Shown here one piece after another: positions 8,254-18,367 of a DNA stretch of 64,000 bases (positions within the stretch are counted from its first letter, which is position 1; each line of letters begins with the position of its first letter). The notes under the pieces were generated by a model. It was not told the origin of the DNA. It did no database searches and worked only from the letters and a program-made list of their open reading frames with translations. The DNA is from Fidelibacterota bacterium (GTDB lineage Bacteria > Fidelibacterota > UBA2242): assembly GCA_049975265.1 (NCBI GenBank), contig JBNGDF010000001.1:118218-182217 (forward strand). Reading direction: 5' to 3'. Both the position numbers and the translations under genes were made by a program.

Positions 8254-9600
8254 TCAATCCACTATATTGGTTCTGGTTTTCGCATTCAAATCATTGGAAA
8301 GTTGACGTAATTCAAGGAATTTTTCCACAGGAAAATCGCGGGAGGCACAGGGGTAGATAGTATTATTTGTAAGTAGCGGGTCCATATCATCGGAAACACA
8401 GCCGCTCTCCCTGGCGACCCGCCAGAAAGGGGTGTGTGGGATCGGACTAAAGGCAGCCAGCCGGGAGATTGTTCCCTGTTCGAAAACATAGCGGAGTGTG
8501 GTTTCAACGTCGGAATATCTCTGACCTGGCAGCCCCATAATAATATAGACCTCGATGTCCTTCCGCTGGAAACCGGCTTTTTCGAGGAAGATCAGGGCGT
8601 TTTCGAAGTCCCGGGTGGACACTTTATGGCTCGAAGTTTTTTGCCATTTAGGGATGACGGACTCCAAACTCAGGCGAATGGTTTCAAAGCCGGCTGCCTT
8701 CATCAGCTCCGCCAGTTCGGCATCAATTTCCCGGGCAAAGAGTCCGTTGGGTGTGTGAAATTTTACGCTGAGATCCCGGCTGATCAGCTCCCTTAATATA
8801 GGCTTGATGTGCCGCTCTTTGTGGGTAAAAAGGGCATCGTCGTAGAATGCAAATTCCCGGATGTTGCGTTCCCGGCTCAGGTATTGGATCTCCGCCACGA
8901 CATCTGCCGGTGATCGTTGAGAAAACCGGGGATTCAGGAAAGGGGTGGCGCAGTAATTGCAGTGCATGGGACAGCCCCGGGAGGTCAGAATTGGGGCGAC
9001 ATTGAGATTGGGATACAGATCCCATGGGGGAATGCCGGCATCGTTGCGTTCCGGAACTTGATGATAGTCACGGGAGATGCCGCAGAGATGGTCGCTCAGC
9101 TCCAGCACCGGCTTCTCACCGTAGCCGGTAATCAGATAGTCGGGGCGGATGGTTTGGCGGGCGTGATCGGAGAAAAGGCTGGCGTAGATGCCACCCAAGA
9201 CGATTGTCGTCTCCGGAAAGGTATCGCGTAAAATGGTTACTGTTTTCCGGACTCCGGGATACCAGTAGGTCATGTGTGAGGTCACCAAAATGAGTTTTGG
9301 CGGTGTAACGTTTTTTAATGCCATGGCGAACTGCTCCCGGCTGGCGCCGTAGAGCCCGAAGCGGCGGGGCACATGGGCAACAGCAGACGGTTTGGGAATC
9401 GGGATTTTCGGGTATTTCCCGCGACTTTCTGAAGGTTTGTCACCGCTCCAGCGCAGCCGGTCGGTTAGATCGATTAGTTCAAGATCGTAGCCATACTGGC
9501 GCAGGAACTTCCCGATATACAGCAAGCCCAGCGGTTTTGCCCACAAGTCATAGGCGGCGAAGTCGGCGATCCAGGGGTTGATTAGGAGAACTGGTTTCAT
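8254..9600 (-). CDS. B12-binding domain-containing radical SAM protein (class B rSAM)
   Basis: N-terminal Rossmann-like cobalamin-binding region (KPVLLINPW..., LGLLYIGKFL), radical SAM cluster motif SRGCPMHCNYCATP (CxxxCxxC). Confidence 0.85.
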   Translation of the reverse strand: MKPVLLINPWIADFAAYDLWAKPLGLLYIGKFLRQYGYDLELIDLTDRLRWSGDKPSESRGKYPKIPIPKPSAVAHVPRRFGLYGASREQFAMALKNVTPPKLILVTSHMTYWYPGVRKTVTILRDTFPETTIVLGGIYASLFSDHARQTIRPDYLITGYGEKPVLELSDHLCGISRDYHQVPERNDAGIPPWDLYPNLNVAPILTSRGCPMHCNYCATPFLNPRFSQRSPADVVAEIQYLSRERNIREFAFYDDALFTHKERHIKPILRELISRDLSVKFHTPNGLFAREIDAELAELMKAAGFETIRLSLESVIPKWQKTSSHKVSTRDFENALIFLEKAGFQRKDIEVYIIMGLPGQRYSDVETTLRYVFEQGTISRLAAFSPIPHTPFWRVARESGCVSDDMDPLLTNNTIYPCASRDFPVEKFLELRQLSNDLNAKTRTNIVD

Positions 9601-9735
9601 AATTGCTGGTTAAAAGTACAAATGGATACATGGATAAACAATAGTTTGGAGAGGCGGAGAACTGTTTTTGAAGTTTTTTGATTTAATCGTAACTTCACAT
9701 GCAGGTTCAATCTGATTAATTCAGGATTATTTCTA

Positions 9736-10836
9736 TTGACGGACAAAAGCGCAGAAAAAAAGAGACGGATTCTATTTGCCGTATTGAACTGGGGGTTGGG
9801 TCATGCAACACGCTCTATTCCGCTTATCAGAGCGTTGAAAAACAATAATGAGGTCATACTGGCAGCCACCGGGCGGTCTTTGCAGCTGTTACGGCGGGAA
9901 TTTCCGGATTGTACGGCAATTAACTTCCCCGATTACGGAGTCTGCTATTGCCGGAATCCTGTTTTTTTATTTCTCTACCTGTTGTTACAGCTACCGCGGG
10001 TTCTGGTGCGCCTGATCCTGGAAAATCGGCAGACGCAGCGAATAGTTGAATTGTATAAAATTGATCTGATTTTCTCCGACAACCGCTATGGTGTCTTTGC
10101 CAGAGATATTCCGAGCTTCCTGATGACCCACCAGCTGCGTTTTCGCCTTCCGCAAATACTCCACTGCTTTGAGTTTATCAGCGTTTTATTCAACCAGCTG
10201 ATGTTCCGACGCTTTCGGCATGTTTTTATTCCTGATTTTGAAGGGGCTGAAAATCTGACTGGTCAATTGGGACACCCCTGGGCTTTTCGAGGTACTAGGA
10301 GGCTGAGCTATATTGGGATTTTGTCGAGTATCGCGAAACAGACTGTTAGCGATCCGATTGATGGTCTGGTGATGATCTCGGGACCGGAACCGCAGCGGAC
10401 GGTTTTGGAAAGGCTGGTTTTAGATCAAGCAAAGGCGCTGACGGGACACTGGGTCATTGTACTAGGTAAGCCGGATTCGACGATGCAGCAGAGTACCCGG
10501 GTTGGTCAACTGGACATCTACCCGCATCTGAACCGTTCGGCAATGGCGGATGTTATGAACAATGCTGAACTGATTGTAGCCCGGGCGGGCTATTCGACGA
10601 TTATGGAGTTGATTGCCTTGGGAAAACCGGCGCTACTGATACCGACACCCGGTCAAACGGAGCAGGAATATCTGGGACACCGGCTTATGGCGGCGGGCTG
10701 GGTTCATTGTGTGCATCAGGCAGATTTGAATCTCCCGGAGGATATAAAAAGTGTGCCTCGCTCACTGCCAACGATGCTACTGAACAAACCTGTTAATGAC
10801 GTGACGGCGGTGCTCTCGGTTATAGGAGTGGATTGA
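9736..10836 (+). CDS. glycosyltransferase (GT1/GT28 MurG-like, UDP-sugar dependent)
   Basis: N-terminal ILFAVLNWGLGHATRSIPLIRAL (GxGH motif of MurG/UGT-like GT-B fold) and C-terminal nucleotide-sugar binding region; TTG start per ORF track. Confidence 0.6.
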   Translation: MTDKSAEKKRRILFAVLNWGLGHATRSIPLIRALKNNNEVILAATGRSLQLLRREFPDCTAINFPDYGVCYCRNPVFLFLYLLLQLPRVLVRLILENRQTQRIVELYKIDLIFSDNRYGVFARDIPSFLMTHQLRFRLPQILHCFEFISVLFNQLMFRRFRHVFIPDFEGAENLTGQLGHPWAFRGTRRLSYIGILSSIAKQTVSDPIDGLVMISGPEPQRTVLERLVLDQAKALTGHWVIVLGKPDSTMQQSTRVGQLDIYPHLNRSAMADVMNNAELIVARAGYSTIMELIALGKPALLIPTPGQTEQEYLGHRLMAAGWVHCVHQADLNLPEDIKSVPRSLPTMLLNKPVNDVTAVLSVIGVD

Positions 10837-11999
10837 AGTTGATGTTAATTGTAAATATTATTCTTGGAATTTCAGCCGTTATCTATCTGTTATTTATCCT
10901 CTATTTTCTGACGGGTTTGCGGAAAGTTAAACCGAATAACAGGCTGTCTGATGAATATCCGCCTCTGGCGGTGATCGTCGCCGCCCGGAATGAAGAGAGG
11001 CATATCGGCAACACGGTTCATTCTCTGTCTAATCAGAATTATCCCGATGATCGCTATGAGATAGTTGTTGTCAACGATCGCTCGGAGGATAAAACCGGCG
11101 AGATTTTGGAGGAATTGAAAAAGACAGTTCCCAATCTGCGAGTCATTTCCATCGTCCAGTGTCCGACGGGGATTTCACCGAAGAAAAATGCCCTGATTGA
11201 GGCGGTCAAAACGCTGACTTGTCCCTTTATCCTGACCACCGATGCTGATTGCGTTCACCATCCCGACTGGTTGCGCAGTTATGCGGCTCTAATCGAGGAA
11301 AATTTGGGGGTTGCGACGGGGATTACCCGTTTTCAACAGAGAACCTATCGCAATGGCTTTGAGTGTCTTTGGCAGAACATGCAAGCCATCGAATATATGT
11401 CACACCAGATCGTCATGGCTGGTGCCATCGGGCACAATCGGGGTTTTACAGCCAATGGCAACAATATGATATTCAACCGGCAGCTGTATGTTGACTATGA
11501 GAACGACGCACTGCGCAGAGGGATTGTATCCGGTGACGATTTCTTTATTATTCAGACGGCGGAAAAAAGGAACTATCTGCTGAAATTCAATCTGAGTACC
11601 GCTGGAATCGTTCAGACTCCGCCTCAGCGGACACTGCGGGCTGTAATCAACCAGCGCGCCCGCTGGAGCTCGAAGATCGGCAGGGCAAAAGCGGAAGTGC
11701 TCTTCTTTTCTTTGAACACCTTTTTGTACTATCTGGGATTGACAATCTATCCCGGACTGCTGCTTTTTTTCCCGTCCTACGGACCACTGTTATTGGGCCT
11801 GTTCGGAGTGAAAGTGTTCAGCGATACGCTTTATATGGTTTACGGATATCAGAAATTTGGTCAAAAATTGAATTCGTTGTATTATATTCTCATGGAAATA
11901 GTGCATGCTCCGTTCATTGTAATTGTTGCCGTAATTGGATCTCTGTTTGGATTTACCTGGAAAGGAACACGCTATAAGGTAGATGCGGGAAGTGGGTAG
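10833..11999 (+). CDS. family 2 glycosyltransferase (membrane-associated, cellulose-synthase-like fold)
   Basis: GT2 signature: AVIVAARNEE, DD...EIVVVNDRSED, TTDADC (DxD), QRARW (QxxRW processivity motif), flanking TM helices. Confidence 0.8.
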   Translation: MKLMLIVNIILGISAVIYLLFILYFLTGLRKVKPNNRLSDEYPPLAVIVAARNEERHIGNTVHSLSNQNYPDDRYEIVVVNDRSEDKTGEILEELKKTVPNLRVISIVQCPTGISPKKNALIEAVKTLTCPFILTTDADCVHHPDWLRSYAALIEENLGVATGITRFQQRTYRNGFECLWQNMQAIEYMSHQIVMAGAIGHNRGFTANGNNMIFNRQLYVDYENDALRRGIVSGDDFFIIQTAEKRNYLLKFNLSTAGIVQTPPQRTLRAVINQRARWSSKIGRAKAEVLFFSLNTFLYYLGLTIYPGLLLFFPSYGPLLLGLFGVKVFSDTLYMVYGYQKFGQKLNSLYYILMEIVHAPFIVIVAVIGSLFGFTWKGTRYKVDAGSG

Positions 12000-13701
12000 A
12001 AGAAAAGCCGTTAGACTACGGAACCATATTTATCTATGCGGATTGCTGCTGGTTTTTGTCGGCACGGTTTCGGCGAGCCAGATCCATGTGAATATCGATG
12101 ATCCGGTCTATCTTTTTCTGGATCGCTTAACAACCGCAGGGTTCCTGCCGGGGAACCTGAACGACACTCGCCCGTTTACCCGGGACAAAGTCGCCGGGTT
12201 GCTTTTAATGATTTATGAAAAGCGCGCAGAGCTGAATCGGATCGACCAGGCAATTCTCGATGAATATTTAGCCGACTACAGGATGGAAATTTCCCCGTCT
12301 CAAAAGCATTTTCAGATTCCCGCTGGTGAAAACACCTTTTTCTTTTTCAGATCTTTTAAAAATATGAAAACGGGTTTTCGGAATATAGCAAAATGGGAAG
12401 ATAACCGGGAGAAGCAGCATCTGCTCGTGTACGAAAAGGAGGACGAAGTCGTCTGGGTGGACTGGAGCGAAGCGCTCCGTATAGAGTCGAAAAATGGCTC
12501 CTATCGCCCGCTGAACCGTGATGCGATTCACCTGTCCGCCCAGCTGGGTGAGCACTTTTCAGCCTATTTCGATGGTATCCGCTATGTCCAGTATAACGTG
12601 AATAATTACACGGAGTTGACGGAGGACTATAAGGGCGGATTTTCCCAAAAGCCGAAAGAGGAGACGTTTGACTTGCAGGGATTTGATTATTCCAACGCTT
12701 ACATTCAGGTGTCCGGCAAGTACGGTCTGTTCGGGATGGGCAGTGAGCCGTTGTATTGGGGTAACAGCCCAAACTCGCTGATATTGTCGGACAATGTGAC
12801 CCCCTTTCCTTTTTTCAGCTGGCAGAAGAGTTTCAAACAGGCGCAGTTTACCTTTTTTCACGGGTCGCTCTTGCCGAAGGAGTTTGAAAGAGATTCGACG
12901 GGTGAGAAGATTTTCAGTAAAAAATATCTGGTTGGTCATCGCTGGGAAATGGCGATCGGGAAAAAGTTTAATTTCAGTTTTTCCGAGCTCTATATTTACG
13001 GCAACCGCGATATGGAACTGGCTTATCTTATTCCTCCAATCATGCTCTGGCCGACTCAGCACAACTTGATGGACCGTGACAATGCGACTATGGCAGTGGA
13101 GTTTGAATATCTGCCGGTGAGCAGATTTAAAATTTACGGAACACTGTTTTTAGATGAATTCACAACGACCCGGATTTTTGATGATTACTGGGCGAATAAA
13201 CAGGGCGTCCAGCTGGGAGTTCACTATGCTCCTTTTAAAATGCCCACCGATTTTCGATTTGAATTTACAGCTGTGCATCCCTGGACCTATACCCATAAGT
13301 ACTTTTATAATTCCTACACACATAACGGCGTTGATCTGGGATTTTACGCCGGACCCAATTCGCAGCTCTGGTTTTTTGAGAATCAGTGGTGGCTGAGCAA
13401 GCGGCTGTATGCCACCTTGCGGTATCGGTGTTTGAAACACGGTGTCGAGCCGTTGCCGGAGGATCATCCCGACTATTTTCCCATCGGTAGCAGTTCCAAC
13501 CAGAATTATAACAACCGCAATGAAGCTTTGGACGACAAGACAACCTGGTTAATGGGAGATATCGAGACAACCAATGAATATCAGATTTTGATTTCTTACC
13601 GTTTGAGAAAAGAATTCTTTCTGGACTGGGGCTTTAAAATAAGAGCTGTGGATGACACAACCAACCGCTATTTTTCCTTTCAGGTTCGCTTTGATTATTA
13701 A
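11983..13701 (+). CDS. putative outer-membrane beta-barrel protein (possibly Wzi-like polysaccharide-associated OMP)
   Basis: Signal peptide (LCGLLLVFVGTVSA), aromatic-rich alternating strands, C-terminal ...FQVRFDY ending in aromatic residue typical of OMPs; in operon with GTs. Confidence 0.4.
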   Translation: MREVGRRKAVRLRNHIYLCGLLLVFVGTVSASQIHVNIDDPVYLFLDRLTTAGFLPGNLNDTRPFTRDKVAGLLLMIYEKRAELNRIDQAILDEYLADYRMEISPSQKHFQIPAGENTFFFFRSFKNMKTGFRNIAKWEDNREKQHLLVYEKEDEVVWVDWSEALRIESKNGSYRPLNRDAIHLSAQLGEHFSAYFDGIRYVQYNVNNYTELTEDYKGGFSQKPKEETFDLQGFDYSNAYIQVSGKYGLFGMGSEPLYWGNSPNSLILSDNVTPFPFFSWQKSFKQAQFTFFHGSLLPKEFERDSTGEKIFSKKYLVGHRWEMAIGKKFNFSFSELYIYGNRDMELAYLIPPIMLWPTQHNLMDRDNATMAVEFEYLPVSRFKIYGTLFLDEFTTTRIFDDYWANKQGVQLGVHYAPFKMPTDFRFEFTAVHPWTYTHKYFYNSYTHNGVDLGFYAGPNSQLWFFENQWWLSKRLYATLRYRCLKHGVEPLPEDHPDYFPIGSSSNQNYNNRNEALDDKTTWLMGDIETTNEYQILISYRLRKEFFLDWGFKIRAVDDTTNRYFSFQVRFDY

Positions 13702-13703
13702 TC

Positions 13704-14597
13704 ATGGCTGACGGTTTAAGCAAAAGATGGCTCCGGTCGGTTGCCGGGCTTGCGCTGAAATTGTTCGTTTCGGCAGGGATTCTCTATCTGATATTTACCC
13801 GAACCGACATTCATCATATTGGAGACGCACTGTTAATGACCGGCTGGCGGACGGTTGGGTTGGTGCTGATAGCCGGTCTGGGCATCTGGTGGGTTGAATA
13901 TTGGCGATTTTATGCAACGGTTGAACCGCTTCTTGACGGGAATATTGAAACGCCTCTTTGGCGGGTTTTTTTTAGCGGATATGCCTTTCGGTTTGTCATC
14001 CCGGGCGGACACGGTGAGCTGGGCAGGATGCTATTTATCGGCGGACGCTATTCCCGGCGATTGCTGGCGTATATTATTGATAAGGGCAGCTTGGCAGTTG
14101 TGGTGCTATTGACCGGGTTTTTTGGTGTCTGGACGTTATATCGGCAATATAGTTCTTATTACTGCTTTTTACTGCTGGTGATCCCGATTTTGATTTTACT
14201 TTTATGGATCATCTTCAGGAAACGCCGTAAAGTTTTCACCGGTTTCGGAGCCTATCCTTACAGAGCAGTGCTGCCGAAAACTATCCCGCTCTCTCTGCTG
14301 CATATACTTTTAATGGCGCTGCAATACTGGTTGGTTTTGCGCTGTTTTGATATATCTTTTTGGGCTGCCTGCGGGACTGTAGGTGTGGTCATGACCGCAC
14401 TGATGCTACCGATCTCTCTGGCTGGTCTCGGTGTACGGGAGTGGGTCTCTCTGCAACTTCTGGCGCAGTTTGATATTACCCGAGAGGTGGCTTTACTGGC
14501 ACCATTGCTGGTATTCCTATGTAATGTTTTGGTGCCAGCGCTAATCGGGGTCGCAACGCTGATATTATTCAAAATGAAACCGCGTTTGCGGAGCTGA
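13704..14597 (+). CDS. flippase-like / lysylphosphatidylglycerol-synthase-TM-domain family membrane protein
   Basis: 297 aa, ~8 TM helices, N-terminal LKLFVSAGILYLIF... pattern of UPF0104/LPG_synthase_TM family often adjacent to GT2 enzymes. Confidence 0.55.
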   Translation: MADGLSKRWLRSVAGLALKLFVSAGILYLIFTRTDIHHIGDALLMTGWRTVGLVLIAGLGIWWVEYWRFYATVEPLLDGNIETPLWRVFFSGYAFRFVIPGGHGELGRMLFIGGRYSRRLLAYIIDKGSLAVVVLLTGFFGVWTLYRQYSSYYCFLLLVIPILILLLWIIFRKRRKVFTGFGAYPYRAVLPKTIPLSLLHILLMALQYWLVLRCFDISFWAACGTVGVVMTALMLPISLAGLGVREWVSLQLLAQFDITREVALLAPLLVFLCNVLVPALIGVATLILFKMKPRLRS

Positions 14598-14605
14598 TTG
14601 CGGTT

Positions 14606-15967
14606 TTACATTAATATTAGCGTCGCAATGGAAAAATAGACCAGCATACCGGTAATGTCAAGAGATGTCGTCACAATCGGGCTGGTGGCAACCGCCGGGT
14701 CAACATTAATGCGCTGTAACAGCATCGGTACCAGAGTCCCCAGCATCGCCGCAATAACCAGTTCGCAGCAGAGCGATACCCCGATGACTGGCCCGATCAA
14801 TAAAATATTTTCTGTTGCTCTGTAAAAGATATTGGAGAATAGGGTCAGCAACATGCCAAAGGCGATTCCCAGAAAGAAACCGATAATAATCTGCCCGATT
14901 AAAACTTTAAATATTTGTTGAATGTTTATTCGTCCGGTCGCTAATCCGCGTACGATAATAGTGGACGACTGGGAACCGACGTTGCCGCCCATGCCGGCGA
15001 TAATCGGCATAAAGGCTGCCAATATTACAAACCGGTTCAGCAATTGGTGGAAGCTGACCACAATGCCAGATACGATTAAGCCGCCGATGAAGGTGGCGAA
15101 GAGCCATGGAAAACGGATTTTGGCGGCTTCGACAGGCGTCTTTAAAAGAATTTCCCGGTCCTTTCCGACACCAGCCATCTGTAAAAAGTCTTCGGTGGCT
15201 TCTTCCCGAATCACGTCAATGATATCATCAACGGTGACAATCCCCAGGAGGTGGTTTTCCCGATCCACCACCGGTAGCGCCAGAAAATTATAGCGGCTGA
15301 TAATGCGGGCAACTTCTTCCTGATCGGTATCCGGATGAACGGTAACCAGCTTTTTGATCATGATGTTTTGCAGGATGGTTTTCGGCGAGACCATCAGCAG
15401 TTGGCGCAGCGAGATGATGCCCGTCAGGCGGTCGTTATCATCGACAACATAGATGTAGAAAACCATCTCAGCATCTTTTTGTTCATGAATCGCATTGATG
15501 GCATCCTGAACCGTGTCCTGTTCATGCATTTTAAAAGGCAGCGGCACCATAATCCCGCCGGCTGTATCCGGATCGTACATCATCAGTTCTTCCAGATCTT
15601 CAGAATCGGTGCTGCTCATCAGGTTTAGCACCTCTTTGCTCAGATCCTCCGGTATCTGCGCCAGTAAATCTGCCTGATCGTCAGGTGCCATCTCCTTCAG
15701 CAGTTCGGCAATGTCTTTGGGGGCGGAATCCCGCAGGATTTCCACCAGAATGGATTGATCGAGTTCCGTCAGAAACTCGGCTTTATACGTGCGGTCGGAA
15801 ATCAGCTTGAAAACGGTCTGGCGTTCGGCGTCGGTAAAAGAGCGGAAAAGCGCCGCCAGATCCGCCGGGTGGGTTTTCATGATCATCTTCTGAGTGTTGG
15901 TACGGGCATTGCGGCGAATCAGCCGCCGGAATGCATCCTGTAAAATAATAAACTCACGGTCCAGCAT
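14606..15967 (-). CDS. mgtE: magnesium transporter MgtE
   Basis: N-terminal MgtE_N acidic helical domain, tandem CBS domains, C-terminal 5-TM MgtE channel region (...PIIAGMGGNVGSQSSTI...). Confidence 0.9.
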   Translation of the reverse strand: MLDREFIILQDAFRRLIRRNARTNTQKMIMKTHPADLAALFRSFTDAERQTVFKLISDRTYKAEFLTELDQSILVEILRDSAPKDIAELLKEMAPDDQADLLAQIPEDLSKEVLNLMSSTDSEDLEELMMYDPDTAGGIMVPLPFKMHEQDTVQDAINAIHEQKDAEMVFYIYVVDDNDRLTGIISLRQLLMVSPKTILQNIMIKKLVTVHPDTDQEEVARIISRYNFLALPVVDRENHLLGIVTVDDIIDVIREEATEDFLQMAGVGKDREILLKTPVEAAKIRFPWLFATFIGGLIVSGIVVSFHQLLNRFVILAAFMPIIAGMGGNVGSQSSTIIVRGLATGRINIQQIFKVLIGQIIIGFFLGIAFGMLLTLFSNIFYRATENILLIGPVIGVSLCCELVIAAMLGTLVPMLLQRINVDPAVATSPIVTTSLDITGMLVYFSIATLILM

Positions 15968-15987
15968 GAATCACCTCCTTCGAATGA

Positions 15988-16845
15988 CTATCTGTCGCCC
16001 CTTTTTGGCGGATTGCCCGATTGATCATCGATGAATAAAAACTCGTCGCGCCGCTCGTCTGCCGGTGTCGCCCGCCGGAACCAGTACATGCCACAGAATA
16101 ATAATACAATTCCGATCAACAAAATGACGGGTGAGACATGCCCCTTCCACTCATACCAAATCAGTTTACCATCATCAAGATGGGTGAACAGAATGGCGAC
16201 GCCATTGTTGACGGCGTGAATAATAAAAGATATCCAGACGGAATTCGTGCGCCAGGCGACATATCCCATAAAGACCCCGATAATATATATTTGTACAATC
16301 CACCAGGGATTGAAATGAATAAAGGCAAATATCAGCGCCGAATACAGCACGGCTCTGGTAATATCCCGGATACGGTATTCCAGGATACGCTGCAGAAATC
16401 CGCGGAAGACCAGCTCTTCAATCAGGGGCGCAATAATCACCACAACGCCGATGATAAAGATCGCCGAAAGCGGATCGGAAATGGTGACAATTTCCTGAAT
16501 TTTTGAAAATTCCAAAGGCGTAGGCGCCAATGTCTGGGCGATTCGATCCAGTTCGTCGATAATGACAGTCAGACCGATAGCTAGTGGCAGCGCCGCCGCT
16601 ACCGCCCCCAGTGGTACGGGATTGATTCGAAAAATCTTACGCAGGCTGGCACTGTTCTTTGTTGCCCAGAAATAGATCGGCAGGGGCAGAAAGAGTTCTC
16701 CGATCAGCAAGCCCATCTGCACCGAGGTAATCCCGATAATTGTCGGTGATAAAAACATGACAGCACCGGCGGTGATGGATGCCAGGACCAATCCGACGAT
16801 CAGAAGAATAATAGCGGTTTTTATCGAAGGAATGCTATTGAACAT
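15988..16845 (-). CDS. CPBP family intramembrane glutamic endopeptidase (CAAX protease / Abi family)
   Basis: Motifs EELVFRGF (EExxxR), FxxxH (FAFIHF) and HAVNN (HxxxN) in TM helices. Confidence 0.8.
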   Translation of the reverse strand: MFNSIPSIKTAIILLIVGLVLASITAGAVMFLSPTIIGITSVQMGLLIGELFLPLPIYFWATKNSASLRKIFRINPVPLGAVAAALPLAIGLTVIIDELDRIAQTLAPTPLEFSKIQEIVTISDPLSAIFIIGVVVIIAPLIEELVFRGFLQRILEYRIRDITRAVLYSALIFAFIHFNPWWIVQIYIIGVFMGYVAWRTNSVWISFIIHAVNNGVAILFTHLDDGKLIWYEWKGHVSPVILLIGIVLLFCGMYWFRRATPADERRDEFLFIDDQSGNPPKRGDR

Positions 16846-16944
16846 TGGATTACACTGTTTTGTGTTAAAGGGCGTGTGAATTTAGACAGGCGGGCGGCTA
16901 AAGTCAAGAACTTGCCCCCTGTGGATATTACTTTTCACCGCCGT

Positions 16945-17472
16945 TCAATCCGGGGCGAGCTGGTTGAATAGTGTTCGGATTGCCGTAGTGTCCGGGGCGG
17001 AAAATCCCTGCTTGAAACAGACAATCTCACCGTCTACGTTGATTCCCACCAGTGTCGGCGTGGCCTGGGCGGTAAAGTTTTCCGCAATCTTTCCGTAGCG
17101 GTCCAGCAGGACCGGCAGGGTATAGTTCATCTTGCGAATGTAGGCTTGAACCGTATGTGGATCTTCGCCCACATTGACCAGATAGATCCTGATTTCAGGA
17201 TATTCTCTGCTCAGGGTATGCAGATAGGGAATCTCTTTTCGGCAGGCTACACAGTAACTGGTGAAGAAGGAAAACACGATTGGTCCTTTTAAGTCCGGGC
17301 GGGCGCGGGGTCCGACATAGCGGCTGAGGAAAAAATCTTTTCCGTCGAGAGTCCTGGCATAACAACCCGGTGCCGTTGTTCCCGTCGAGAGCTGTTTTGT
17401 TGGATTGACAGAGAGGCTGTCGGCTCCCGAAATTGTAGTGATCAGTAAAACAGGCAGGATAAACAGACGCAT
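16945..17472 (-). CDS. TlpA-like thiol-disulfide oxidoreductase (redoxin), secreted
   Basis: Signal peptide MRLFILPVLLITTISGA (start moved to ATG 17472), thioredoxin fold with CVAC active site (FFTSYCVACRKEIPYL). Confidence 0.75.
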   Translation of the reverse strand: MRLFILPVLLITTISGADSLSVNPTKQLSTGTTAPGCYARTLDGKDFFLSRYVGPRARPDLKGPIVFSFFTSYCVACRKEIPYLHTLSREYPEIRIYLVNVGEDPHTVQAYIRKMNYTLPVLLDRYGKIAENFTAQATPTLVGINVDGEIVCFKQGFSAPDTTAIRTLFNQLAPD

Positions 17473-17473
17473 A

Positions 17474-18367
17474 TCAGGTCTCCTCCGGGCGCAGTAGTTC
17501 GTGCAGGAGAATTCCGGCAGAAACTGCCACATTCAGAGATTCTCCGCTGCCGTGCTTCGGAACCGCTATAATGTCATGGGCGGCATATTTAACCGCTTCT
17601 GGTAAACCGTGTGATTCACTGCCCAGAACCAAGCCCCAGTGTTTGTGTGGACAGGGTTGTACCGGTTTCCCGCCGGGATCGGCGCAGAATACCGCAATAT
17701 TCTTTTGAATACAATAGTCTAAAAGATCATCAGGGGCGACATTTTGCCATATGGAAACGTGGAAAACGGCGCCCATCGATCCACGTACAACTTTTGGAGA
17801 GTAGGGATCGACGCTGTTGGGGGAGATTATGATATGCCGGATACCAAACCAGCAGGCGGTTCTGAGGATGGTTCCCAAGTTGCCGGGATCGTTGATTTCC
17901 CAGAGAAATAGAAAGGGTGATTGTTCAGTATCTTCCGGCGGAAAAGAGTATTCCGGCAGGCTGGCAATGGCAAGAACACCCTCCGGATTTTTCTGTGAGC
18001 TAATGGATCGTATATCTGCATCCCTGACAATTTTAACCGTATCCCAGTCGACAGGAATCCCGCTGAAGATGTTTTTCTCATAAGCAGAGTGACCGAGATA
18101 GATCCGCCCGACCGGAAAGTGTGCCTCCAGCGCCTCCTTTAGGAGCTTGGCTCCCTCGAGCATGAACTGCTGCTGGCGGTAGCGGAATTTTTTCTGCTGA
18201 AGAGCAGTGACCTGCTGCCGTTCCGGGCGGGATAGCCGAAAAACCGGTTGATCTTCTCCTGACTTCTTGAATCTCTCTGGATTTCGACGGTTGCCATCAT
18301 TATATTTGCGGGGGTGTTGTACAGTGTTCACAAAAGATAAGTTATTGATAGCAGGCAAATGAAACAA
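17474..18367 (-). CDS. TrmH/SpoU family RNA 2'-O-methyltransferase (RlmB-like)
   Basis: N-terminal substrate-binding region (LQQKKFRYRQQQFMLEG), SPOUT motifs LEINDPGNLGTILRTA, LVLGSESHGL, LNVAVSAGILL; exact start uncertain. Confidence 0.8.
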   Translation of the reverse strand: MFHLPAINNLSFVNTVQHPRKYNDGNRRNPERFKKSGEDQPVFRLSRPERQQVTALQQKKFRYRQQQFMLEGAKLLKEALEAHFPVGRIYLGHSAYEKNIFSGIPVDWDTVKIVRDADIRSISSQKNPEGVLAIASLPEYSFPPEDTEQSPFLFLWEINDPGNLGTILRTACWFGIRHIIISPNSVDPYSPKVVRGSMGAVFHVSIWQNVAPDDLLDYCIQKNIAVFCADPGGKPVQPCPHKHWGLVLGSESHGLPEAVKYAAHDIIAVPKHGSGESLNVAVSAGILLHELLRPEET

